Made by a program: the position numbers and the translations under genes. Below the pieces are notes generated by a model. It worked only from the letters and a program-made list of their open reading frames with translations, had not been told where the DNA came from and searched no databases. DNA of 44,269 bases, from IMG/VR virus record IMGVR_UViG_3300032204_000007; one strand, written 5' to 3'. The stretch comes from a virus. Every line of letters starts with the position of its first letter. The stretch's first letter is position 1. Positions 34,589 to 41,794 of the stretch are shown here, one piece after another.

Positions 34589-35391
34589 GCGGCCCTCGCA
34601 GCGATCACTGGATCCTCGAACACGCGCACGCCTTCCAGCGGGCAGTTCTTCTTGAGCGCCAGCGCGATCTTGTTGATCGCCGGCATGTTGGCGTCGAGCA
34701 GATCGACGTACTCAGGGTGCTCGGCCACGTAGCGGATCAGCGCGAGCTTGTCGCTGACCTCAGCTTTCCAGACCATGCGCGTTGAGACGCCCTTCGTCTG
34801 CGGGATCGAGGCGATCACCGGCGCGGTGATGAGCGTGGCCGTCTGCTGCAGCGTGGCGGCCTCGGCAGCGCCTTGCTCGACGCGGCTTTCGGCTTCGGAG
34901 TTCAGGCGTGCGGCGGCTTCAACGTCGCCGGCGGCGGCGGCCTGCTCGGCCTTGCGCTGGATCTCCTGGGCTTCCGCCTGCGCGGCGGCTTCGGCAGCGG
35001 CGGCCTGGGCTTCCATCTCCGCACGTTCCCGGCGTGCAGCCTCTTCGGCCTTTGCCTGCTCCTCGATGCGCTTGCGCTCCTGTTCGCGGTCGTAGCCCTG
35101 GATTGCGTTCTTGAGCAGCACCTCGGCCTGCTCCAGATAGGTGGTCGGCGCCCGGAACAGATCCATCACCGCTTTCTTCGCTGCGTCGATCGGCTGCGTG
35201 ATGCTCTTGCGCTTCGTGTCCACGTCCTTCTGCAGGCCCTTGATCTTCGTGAGCTCGCGCGCAGCCAGATCGCGCACCTGTGGGCTGTCGATCGTGTACG
35301 CCTTGGCCATCTCCAGCGCGGACGTGGCCTGTTTGAACAGCGCCTGTTCAGGCTGCGGCACTTGCAGGTTCACCAGCGGTTTCGTATCCAT
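34585..35391 (-). CDS. coiled-coil protein of the recombination module (architecture resembles DUF1351)
   Basis: 268 aa with a central A/E/Q/R-rich coiled coil, downstream of the exonuclease and RecT genes. Confidence 0.5.
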   Translation of the reverse strand: MDTKPLVNLQVPQPEQALFKQATSALEMAKAYTIDSPQVRDLAARELTKIKGLQKDVDTKRKSITQPIDAAKKAVMDLFRAPTTYLEQAEVLLKNAIQGYDREQERKRIEEQAKAEEAARRERAEMEAQAAAAEAAAQAEAQEIQRKAEQAAAAGDVEAAARLNSEAESRVEQGAAEAATLQQTATLITAPVIASIPQTKGVSTRMVWKAEVSDKLALIRYVAEHPEYVDLLDANMPAINKIALALKKNCPLEGVRVFEDPVIAARAA

Positions 35392-35968
35392 GTTTTTCCT
35401 TCCAGTTGCGGGTGGTCAGCAGCGACAGGAATACCGGCCAGTCGCTCTTATCGGTGTAGGGTTGGAGGCGGTAGGTGCCGTCGGCGCGCAGGCCCAAGGC
35501 ATACCGGTCTTCGATGTGCGTGCCGGCCTTCTCGAACAATTCCTTGTAGGCGGCGAGCTGCAGCCCGATCACCGGCCCGAGCGTCAGCATCTTCTTGAGG
35601 TCAATGACGGCGCGGCGGCGGCTGATGAGGCCAGAGCGGTCCGGCGTGCCGGCGTAGCGCAGGCCGGGGTGGTAGAGCCGCTTTTCGATCGTCTCTGGCA
35701 CGAAGCCGGTCTCAGCGCGGAACTTGATCCACGCCGTGAGGTACGGCCGCAGCTCGTCGGCGAGGTCGTCCATGTCCAGGTCGTCGAGGTCGTACAGCTC
35801 CGTCATGCGGTGTACGGCCTGGCCGAGCTTCTGCGCGCGCTCCAGCACGGCGCGCGGCACCTGGGAGTAGTCGACCAGCGGCGCGAGGATCTGCGTCACG
35901 CTGGGCACGCGCTGCGCGCCCACCGTGTACACGTGCCCGACAGGATCGAATCGCAGCTCAGCCATCAC
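35348..35968 (-). CDS. PD-(D/E)XK family exonuclease
   Basis: The motif GTPDRSGLISRRRAVIDLKK fits D...(D/E)xK. ATGA coupling to recT. The 3' end overlaps the next gene by 44 nt. Confidence 0.65.
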   Translation of the reverse strand: MMAELRFDPVGHVYTVGAQRVPSVTQILAPLVDYSQVPRAVLERAQKLGQAVHRMTELYDLDDLDMDDLADELRPYLTAWIKFRAETGFVPETIEKRLYHPGLRYAGTPDRSGLISRRRAVIDLKKMLTLGPVIGLQLAAYKELFEKAGTHIEDRYALGLRADGTYRLQPYTDKSDWPVFLSLLTTRNWKEKHGYETAGEPASAAA

Positions 35969-36999
35969 GCACCCATCGGGTCTTCGGTCCAGGCCACTAC
36001 GTCATTGTAGTTGGCCGTGGTCACGCCGTCGTAGCCGAAGCCGAAGCGGTTGCGCAGATCAGCCTCGCCGAGCGCTGCCTGCTCCATCTTCGTTTTCAGG
36101 ATGCGGATGACGCTGTCGCTGACAGCAGTGCCGGTCACCTGCTCGAAGTCGTCGTCGGAGCCGGGTTCACGGCTGGCCGGCGCAGGCGCGGGCGTAGGGG
36201 CACGGCGCGGCGTACGCGCGGCAGCCGGCGCAGGCGTCGGTACGGCTTGTGCTTCGCCAGCCTGCGGCAGTTCCTGCTGCAGCGTGTTGGGGTCCGAGTT
36301 CTCGATCGCCACAGAAGTGCGTGCGCTCTTGGATTGCGGCTGTGGCACTTCAACGGCTGCCGGCGCGCGGCTGCCGCCTTCTTCGACGCCGCCGAAGGTG
36401 ACGGTGCCATCCGGGCGCACATCGATGATGTCGTGCAGTTCTTCTTGCGTCGGCAGACCCATCGAGATTTCAGGCGCGGCCGTGTTGATCATCCAGCCGG
36501 CGCTGCGATACATCAGCATGAGCTGCGGGATGGTCTTCCACTTCGAACCGGTCTTGTTGTACCAGCCCTCATCCTTGGCCATCTTGATCGTCACGTCGGG
36601 GCCGACGATCCGCTCGCCGCTGCTGAGCTCGATGGACGATGCGCGGCAGCCCCAAGAATCGGTGTTCGGCTCGCCGAAGAACTCGTACTTGACGGCGGTG
36701 AAGCGTCCGCAGTGGTTGAAGGTGGCGATCAGGAACTTTGCCGACCAACCAGGGCGGCCGTGCACCACATACAGATTCTGCATCACCATCAGCTCGTCGG
36801 CGTGCAACCGGCTCGCGAGGTTCAGCGCGATCATGCAGTTGGAGATGTTTCCCTGGTACTGCTGCGGCACCAGCGACGACGTGGAGAACGCCTTCGCGAC
36901 GCGCTGGAGCAGCTCGAATCCCTCAAGGTCAAAGAAGCCGGCGCGCACGGGCATATGAGCCGAAGCGCTGACGGGTGCCGGAAGAGTGGTCGTGGTCAT
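35965..36999 (-). CDS. recT: RecT-family single-strand annealing recombinase
   Basis: The RecT core is LVPQQYQGNISNCMIALNLASRLHADELMVMQNLYVVHGRPGWSAKFLIA...WYNKTGSKWKTIPQLMLMYRSAGW. Confidence 0.85.
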   Translation of the reverse strand: MTTTTLPAPVSASAHMPVRAGFFDLEGFELLQRVAKAFSTSSLVPQQYQGNISNCMIALNLASRLHADELMVMQNLYVVHGRPGWSAKFLIATFNHCGRFTAVKYEFFGEPNTDSWGCRASSIELSSGERIVGPDVTIKMAKDEGWYNKTGSKWKTIPQLMLMYRSAGWMINTAAPEISMGLPTQEELHDIIDVRPDGTVTFGGVEEGGSRAPAAVEVPQPQSKSARTSVAIENSDPNTLQQELPQAGEAQAVPTPAPAAARTPRRAPTPAPAPASREPGSDDDFEQVTGTAVSDSVIRILKTKMEQAALGEADLRNRFGFGYDGVTTANYNDVVAWTEDPMGA

Positions 37000-37029
37000 G
37001 CGATTTCTCTGTGGATAGCGTTTGCTGGA

Positions 37030-37320
37030 TTACTCGGCCTGTGCCACCGGCGCCGGCGTCTTCTCGACGCACACGTACGGGAAGCGCTCGGGGTGCGGCT
37101 TGATGTAGCGGCCGAAGTGCGAGCCGAACGATTCGGCGGTGCGGAAGGCGTCCCAGTTCTCGGGCGTGAACTGGAAGTAGTGGTAGAGCGAAGTTGGTGC
37201 GCCGGTCTTGCGATCCTTGAAGCGGATGGCCAGGATCTGGCTGGCCGAGTCGTAGCCGATCGCATGGAGCTGCGACGACTCGATTTCATCCATGGCGATG
37301 ACGGGTTCGGTGGTGGTCAT
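37030..37320 (-). CDS. KTSC domain protein
   Basis: Internal ATG of ORF 37030..37386. The pattern IESSQLHAIGYDSASQILAIRF...YHYFQFTPENWDAFRTAESFGSHF is KTSC-like. Confidence 0.65.
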   Translation of the reverse strand: MTTTEPVIAMDEIESSQLHAIGYDSASQILAIRFKDRKTGAPTSLYHYFQFTPENWDAFRTAESFGSHFGRYIKPHPERFPYVCVEKTPAPVAQAE

Positions 37321-37778
37321 GTTGGCTCCTTGTGAGCGGCAGGGTTGAGACTCATGTTTCGGACCTTTTCCCAGTGCGCCTCCCACTCTTGCGGGGTGAG
37401 CATCTGGTATCGGGGCTTGCCGAGTTGCGGATGGGTGAGGTGGGCGATCTGGCCGAGAAGTTCATCCCAGCCGAGGCCATCGCAGCGGCGGCCGTCGGGC
37501 ATCACCACGTCGAAGCCGCAGTTGCCCTCGCGCACCTCGACCGTGAAAGAGAGCTTCAGGGGCTTTTCGAGGAAGACGCTCACAGCAGTGCTCCCGCGCG
37601 GAATGCGACGACCAAGTACAGCGCCGATGCCGAAGCACAGCATGCAGAGCACATCGAGCAGCCGCTCGGCCAGCTTCTTGCGCTTCTCGACGCTGAGCTG
37701 GGCGTACGGCCCGAATGCATCCGTGAGAGAGCGGGCGACCCGGTAGTCGCGAGTGCGGTAGTGGTTGGTCAGCATCAC
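37317..37778 (-). CDS. hypothetical protein with one central hydrophobic segment
   Basis: Listed ORF with ATGA coupling downstream. Confidence 0.45.
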   Translation of the reverse strand: MMLTNHYRTRDYRVARSLTDAFGPYAQLSVEKRKKLAERLLDVLCMLCFGIGAVLGRRIPRGSTAVSVFLEKPLKLSFTVEVREGNCGFDVVMPDGRRCDGLGWDELLGQIAHLTHPQLGKPRYQMLTPQEWEAHWEKVRNMSLNPAAHKEPT

Positions 37779-37939
37779 AGCATCCCGTGTTTGTTGAGTT
37801 CGACCACCGCGACGTAGACCATCACGCCCAGTGCGGCAGCATTCAGCGCCCAGTTCCAGCGCTTGCGGCGCATGTACTCGGTGACGCGGTTCTCGCGGTC
37901 CGCTTGGCGGGCGGCGGCTTCGTTGTCGGAGAGGTGCAT
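37775..37939 (-). CDS. small membrane protein (54 aa)
   Basis: An internal ATG preceded by ggaggg. The TM is WNWALNAAALGVMVYVAVV. Confidence 0.45.
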   Translation of the reverse strand: MHLSDNEAAARQADRENRVTEYMRRKRWNWALNAAALGVMVYVAVVELNKHGML

Positions 37940-37940
37940 G

Positions 37941-38264
37941 TCAGCCCTCCACGACTTCGGTCGGGTTGAACTCGATCGCCTGCAGCCGGCTGATCTCGTT
38001 GTTGATCTCTTTGATGCGCTTGCCCAGATCGGCGCGCACCTTCTCGCGTTCCTTTTCCAGCGCGGCGACGCGCACGGTGCGGTAGTCGATCTGAACATCG
38101 GGTATCTCGACGACCAGCGTGTGCGGCATCACCATCACGTAGGTCGAGTGCGCCGAGTTCATGAAGCTCATGTCTTCGCACGGCGAGAACGAGAAACTCG
38201 GCTCATCCGGCTTGAAGGAATAGACCGCGGCGTGGATCCAGCCCTTGATCTCGACGGTTTTCAT
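37941..38264 (-). CDS. hypothetical protein
   Basis: Internal ATG of ORF 37941..38429. The sequence starts MKTVEIKGWIHAAVY... and has a C-terminal coiled coil. Confidence 0.45.
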   Translation of the reverse strand: MKTVEIKGWIHAAVYSFKPDEPSFSFSPCEDMSFMNSAHSTYVMVMPHTLVVEIPDVQIDYRTVRVAALEKEREKVRADLGKRIKEINNEISRLQAIEFNPTEVVEG

Positions 38265-38277
38265 CGCAGTCCCCAGT

Positions 38278-39018
38278 TCAGTTGCACGGCGTGCCAGCGC
38301 TGCGCATGGCGGCGGAGATTTCCGGGTCTTGGCACAGCAGCGCCACCGCGGCTTTCGACTGACCGGCCATCGACAGCGCCTGCGCGTTGTAGCGGCGGTT
38401 ACAGCCGTCGTCCTTCCAGGTCGAGCCAACCGACACGCCGAAGCTCAGACCCTGGAAGCCGGCCGACGAAGACCCCATGCAGGTGCCGTTGCTCGCAGCC
38501 AGCGGCGCGGCGTAAGCCGTCGCAACCGGGATGCGCGGCGCTTCGTAGGTGTCGCCGCCCACGGTCATGCTCTGCGCGGCGTTGTTGCCCTGGTTACTGG
38601 CGGTGGCCGACGAATTTCCGGCATTGCTCACGCTGCCGCCGTTCGCCGTGTTGGTGTTATGGTTGCTGCTGGTCTGCGATTGGCCCTGGTGGTTATTCGC
38701 CGACTGGCTCTGGCCTTGGCCCTGCTGCTGGCCTTGCGTGTTGGTGTTCGCGCTGTTACCCGAGCCCGTCACGCTGCCGCCGGCACCACCGAGGCCAATG
38801 CCCACACCGGTACCGCCCGCGCCGCCAGTACCACCGGCGCCGCCGTTATTGACCGTGCCGGGCGTTGTCGTCGTGCCCGTCGTGCCGCAGCCGTTCGTCT
38901 GCTGGCCGACGCCGCAGCCGCCGTTGCCACCCCCGTTGTTGCCGGTCGTGGCGTGCGCCAAGCCTGCCGCGCTGAAGAGAGCGACGATGGCGATGCTGTG
39001 TTTGATGGTGCTCTTCAT
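38278..39018 (-). CDS. secreted Gly/Asn/Gln/Thr-rich low-complexity protein with a Cys-containing C-terminal domain
   Basis: RBS gaggagc. The signal peptide is MKSTIKHSIAIVALFSAAGLAHA. A region of about 130 aa follows, made of G/N/Q/T/S runs (QGQQQGQGQSQSANNHQGQSQTSSNHNTNT). It ends in a globular tail with 4 Cys. Confidence 0.7.
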   Translation of the reverse strand: MKSTIKHSIAIVALFSAAGLAHATTGNNGGGNGGCGVGQQTNGCGTTGTTTTPGTVNNGGAGGTGGAGGTGVGIGLGGAGGSVTGSGNSANTNTQGQQQGQGQSQSANNHQGQSQTSSNHNTNTANGGSVSNAGNSSATASNQGNNAAQSMTVGGDTYEAPRIPVATAYAAPLAASNGTCMGSSSAGFQGLSFGVSVGSTWKDDGCNRRYNAQALSMAGQSKAAVALLCQDPEISAAMRSAGTPCN

Positions 39019-39063
39019 GATTTCCCCTGCTCCTCGTTGTTGTGCCGGCATCCGGCGGGCGTG

Positions 39064-39225
39064 TTAGAACCGGCGGCGCTGGGCGCGCTCGTCGTCTTGC
39101 TCTTTCAGAAACTCGTCGATCGGATCAGCCGCGTGCTTTCTCACTTGCCGCACGAAGCCGAAAACGGAGGCGATCGTCACGAGCAGTGCGATGGCCGACC
39201 AGGTGATGGCCTCGATGGTGGTCAT
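39064..39225 (-). CDS. small membrane protein (53 aa; not in the ORF track)
   Basis: Read manually as MTTIEAITWSAIALLVTIASVFGFVRQVRKHAADPIDEFLKEQDDERAQRRRF. It is the first ORF downstream of the left operator region. Confidence 0.4.
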   Translation of the reverse strand: MTTIEAITWSAIALLVTIASVFGFVRQVRKHAADPIDEFLKEQDDERAQRRRF

Positions 39226-39273
39226 GCCGGCACCTGGCGGGTTTGGGTCTGGTGGTGGTTCATCGCTGTCTCG

Positions 39274-39343
39274 CTACAACTTTCCGTTTGTCTACAACCG
39301 CAGATTACAACCTACAACTGCGCATTGCAAGTAGAAGTTGTAA
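39274..39343. promoter_or_regulatory. left operator/promoter region with CTACAAC repeats
   Basis: CTACAAC occurs at 39274, 39292 and 39312. TTACAAC occurs at 39305. The inverted copy GTTGTAA occurs at 39337. The same heptamer is found in the cI-cro intergenic region. Confidence 0.55.
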
Positions 39344-39351
39344 GGCAACGC

Positions 39352-39378
39352 GAAAAAAATCCCGCCGTAGCGGGATTC
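39352..39378 (-). terminator. rho-independent terminator ending the cI operon
   Basis: On the minus strand: GAATCCCGC-tacg-GCGGGATT followed by TTTTTTT. It lies 20 nt downstream of the 39397 gene. Confidence 0.75.
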
Positions 39379-39396
39379 GCATGGAGTGGGGCCTGA

Positions 39397-39852
39397 TCAA
39401 TGTGGCCCAGATCGAGGTGAACCGGGGATGGAGAGCACCCTAAGACCGGTACAGGCGAGGGTGAGGAAGCCTTGATCTGCCGAGAATGTCGCCTGACCTT
39501 CCAGGGTGTAGAGCCCCTGCGCGGTGCACGTCATGCTGATCTCTGCGCTTTTGCCGATGCCCTGCGGGATCTCATCGGCGGGGAATATGGCATGCACGGG
39601 GCGAGCGCCCAGGCCCAGGACGGGTAGATAGGTTCGGCCCGACGGGAAACGGCCTGGCGCACCAATAACTGCTGCTCTTCCGATCTGGAGCTCGACGTTG
39701 CGATACTTCTGATGTGCCAGAGCGGGATCGCGCGAGTAATCGAGCGCCACTTGGCTGGCGCCGGTTTTCAGTAATGCCCAGTCCTGGGCTTGAGACGTTG
39801 AGCAAATCACCACGCAGGCAGCGAAGCCGATGCCTCGGAGAATTCGTTTCAT
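39397..39852 (-). CDS. secreted OB-fold-like protein (tRNA_anti-like family resemblance), co-transcribed with the repressor
   Basis: The signal peptide is MKRILRGIGFAACVVICSTSQAQD. The pattern ALDYSRDPALAHQKYRNVELQIGRAAVIG... resembles OB-fold lipoprotein-like proteins. It starts 12 nt downstream of cI. Confidence 0.55.
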   Translation of the reverse strand: MKRILRGIGFAACVVICSTSQAQDWALLKTGASQVALDYSRDPALAHQKYRNVELQIGRAAVIGAPGRFPSGRTYLPVLGLGARPVHAIFPADEIPQGIGKSAEISMTCTAQGLYTLEGQATFSADQGFLTLACTGLRVLSIPGSPRSGPH

Positions 39853-39863
39853 ATTCTGACCAT

Positions 39864-40643
39864 CTATTCAGCGACCCATTTCCCTATTACCACGCCGACG
39901 ATTCGCGATCCTTCCGGCATTGGAAACATCCGATCATGCCAATTTGGATTCAGCGCTTTGAGCATGACTGATCCATCCTCATCCATGAGGAGCTGCTTGA
40001 ATGTGGCGCGATTCTCATGGTCCAAGCGCACGACGACCATGCTCCTATTGATGGCCTCTCTGGCAGGGTCGACAGCAATTAAGTCACCAGGGGCGTATGA
40101 CTTGGGGCCGGTCGGGTCGTACATGCTCTCTCCCGACACTCGAAGATAGAAGGCATTCGGCCCGTGGTTACGCGGGCATGGAATCCAATCCTCTGCATCG
40201 CCGGGGGCGAAATTATCGATTACTTCTTCCCAATTGCCGGCTTGCACCCATGAAATAAGCGGAAGCATGCCCGGCCGGATACTCGCGATATTTTCGAATG
40301 AGGGGATTGATTTAACCAACTCAGGCTGTTCGATCAGAACATACTTTTGCAGAACTTCCCGAACGCGCTTTGGTTTGTCTTTGTCCGGACGATCGAGCGC
40401 GTGTGAGACATCCGCCGACGCAATTTCGAACTTTGTGCCGCGTAGTAGCTCGATGACTTCGACGCCCAACGCGTCAGCGATTGGCTTCAACTTGGGGAGG
40501 CGTGGCTCGGTGAGCTCGGCCTCCCATTTCTGCACGGCTTGTGGCGTGACGCCCAATACTCGCGCGAGATCCGACTGCGAGAAGTTCGTCTTTTCTTCGC
40601 GGATCTTCTTGATGCGCGCACCGAGGTGATCGTAAGTGTCCAT
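39864..40643 (-). CDS. cI: CI-like repressor (XRE HTH plus S24 LexA-type autopeptidase domain)
   Basis: The HTH is FSQSDLARVLGVTPQAVQKWE. The C-terminal S24 domain carries GESM (Ser) and TFKQL (Lys). ATG 40643 is preferred over the TTG at 40682. Confidence 0.88.
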   Translation of the reverse strand: MDTYDHLGARIKKIREEKTNFSQSDLARVLGVTPQAVQKWEAELTEPRLPKLKPIADALGVEVIELLRGTKFEIASADVSHALDRPDKDKPKRVREVLQKYVLIEQPELVKSIPSFENIASIRPGMLPLISWVQAGNWEEVIDNFAPGDAEDWIPCPRNHGPNAFYLRVSGESMYDPTGPKSYAPGDLIAVDPAREAINRSMVVVRLDHENRATFKQLLMDEDGSVMLKALNPNWHDRMFPMPEGSRIVGVVIGKWVAE

Positions 40644-40651
40644 GCCCAATG

Positions 40652-40737
40652 CTACAAAGCTGGGTTGTAGCCCGCACTGCAAATATGAGTTGTAAATTGG
40701 CGTGCAAAGTTGTAGATTCCGGTTGTAGAGCTACAAC
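40652..40737. promoter_or_regulatory. right operator region between cI and cro
   Basis: CTACAA-N7-TTGTAG lies at 40652-40670. GTTGTAA is at 40689 and GTTGTAG at 40709. A near-perfect palindrome GTTGTAG-AG-CTACAAC lies at 40722-40737. Confidence 0.6.
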
Positions 40738-40750
40738 TTAGGGATCGACC

Positions 40751-40990
40751 ATGACCACGCACGCCATTGAGCGCGCTGCCCAACTGATGGGCGGCCAGTC
40801 CGCACTGGCCCGCAAGCTCGGATGCACCCCCCAGGCTGTTTCGAAAATGTGCGCCACCGGCAGGGTGCCGGCCGAGCGCGTTCTGGCCATCGAAGAAGCC
40901 ACCGACGGTGCCGTGACGCGGCACGACCTTCGCCCCGATCTGTATCCGTCCCAAGACACGCTTCCCGCCACCTCGCCGGAGGCAGCGTGA
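40751..40990 (+). CDS. cro: Cro/YdaS-like HTH regulator
   Basis: The HTH is GGQSALARKLGCTPQAVSKMCATGRVPAERVLAIEEAT. It is divergent from cI. Confidence 0.75.
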   Translation: MTTHAIERAAQLMGGQSALARKLGCTPQAVSKMCATGRVPAERVLAIEEATDGAVTRHDLRPDLYPSQDTLPATSPEAA

Positions 40991-41000
40991 AACCCACCCA

Positions 41001-41330
41001 TCACCACACCACCGGCTCGACGCCCAAGTGGGCGTTCAGCCCTTTGCCCGTGAGCACCGGGCCTTCGCCCCACGACAGCCGCGCCGGGTGAAACAGGTCA
41101 TCCGGCCCGCTGGACCGGAACAGCTCGACCAGGTTCGAGCGCAGGAACCCCAGATAGTGGAGATACAGCACATGCATGAACAGCGTCTCGCGATCGCCAC
41201 CGGCCAGCTCGCCGAGCACCTTGTCGGGCTCGGGCAGCGGGTAGGGGAAGTGCACCGCGAGCGCAGCAAGTATGCGCATCAGCAGTTCGTGCTCGACCTG
41301 GTAGGTGGCGCTGCGCGTCTTCGTCGTCAT
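41001..41330 (-). CDS. DUF2513-like winged-helix protein, antisense to the early-right operon
   Basis: Internal ATG of ORF 41001..41378. The sequence HELLMRILAALAVHFPY...FMHVLYLHYLGFLRSNL resembles DUF2513. Confidence 0.45.
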   Translation of the reverse strand: MTTKTRSATYQVEHELLMRILAALAVHFPYPLPEPDKVLGELAGGDRETLFMHVLYLHYLGFLRSNLVELFRSSGPDDLFHPARLSWGEGPVLTGKGLNAHLGVEPVVW

Positions 41331-41407
41331 TGCTTTTTCGCCGTTCCGTTGATGGGGCCAATTCTGGCCGCAATCCATTGATAACCGGCGAGAACGAAAG
41401 ATAAAAG

Positions 41408-41794
41408 GTGTTATCCGTGGCTATCAAAATCCGCCCAGAAACCGAAAACCAGCTCGTGCTGGACTTCGAACCCGGCCTGACCGAGCGCTACAGCAGCGCC
41501 CGCGACGTGGTGGCCACTGGCGTCTACCAGCGCGGCCTCAAGCGCGTCGCGATCGAGCTGGACATGGCGCCCAGCAACCTGAGCGTGCAGCTCTCTGACG
41601 ATCCGAGCCGGCATTTCTCGCTCGACTCATGCGAGCGCTACATGGAGCGCACCGGCGACTTCACGCCGATCTACTACCTGGTCGAGAAATTCCTGGGCGA
41701 CAAGCGGAACACGAAGCAGGCCGCACTGGAGCAGATCCAAGCGCTCGGGCCGGAATTCCTGGCGCTGCTGAAGAAGGCGGGGATCTCCGCATGA
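41408..41794 (+). CDS. CII-like regulatory protein (phage 186 CP76 family resemblance)
   Basis: GTG start (41408 or 41417). The sequence ELDMAPSNLSVQLSDDPSRHFSLDSCERYMERTGDFTPIYYLVEKF resembles CII/CP76-type regulators. Position after cro. Confidence 0.4.
   Translation: MLSVAIKIRPETENQLVLDFEPGLTERYSSARDVVATGVYQRGLKRVAIELDMAPSNLSVQLSDDPSRHFSLDSCERYMERTGDFTPIYYLVEKFLGDKRNTKQAALEQIQALGPEFLALLKKAGISA

Noticed and set aside
34873-36010. Plus-strand ORFs 34873..35598 and 35141..36010.
   Set aside because: They are antisense to the coiled-coil, exonuclease and RecT operon, have low-complexity Arg/Leu/Gly-rich translations, and lack coupling or RBS signals.
40644-40682. The TTG-initiated N-terminal extension of the repressor (listed ORF start 40682).
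   Set aside because: The extension would cover the operator palindrome at 40652-40670. ATG 40643 gives a normal HTH-first repressor.
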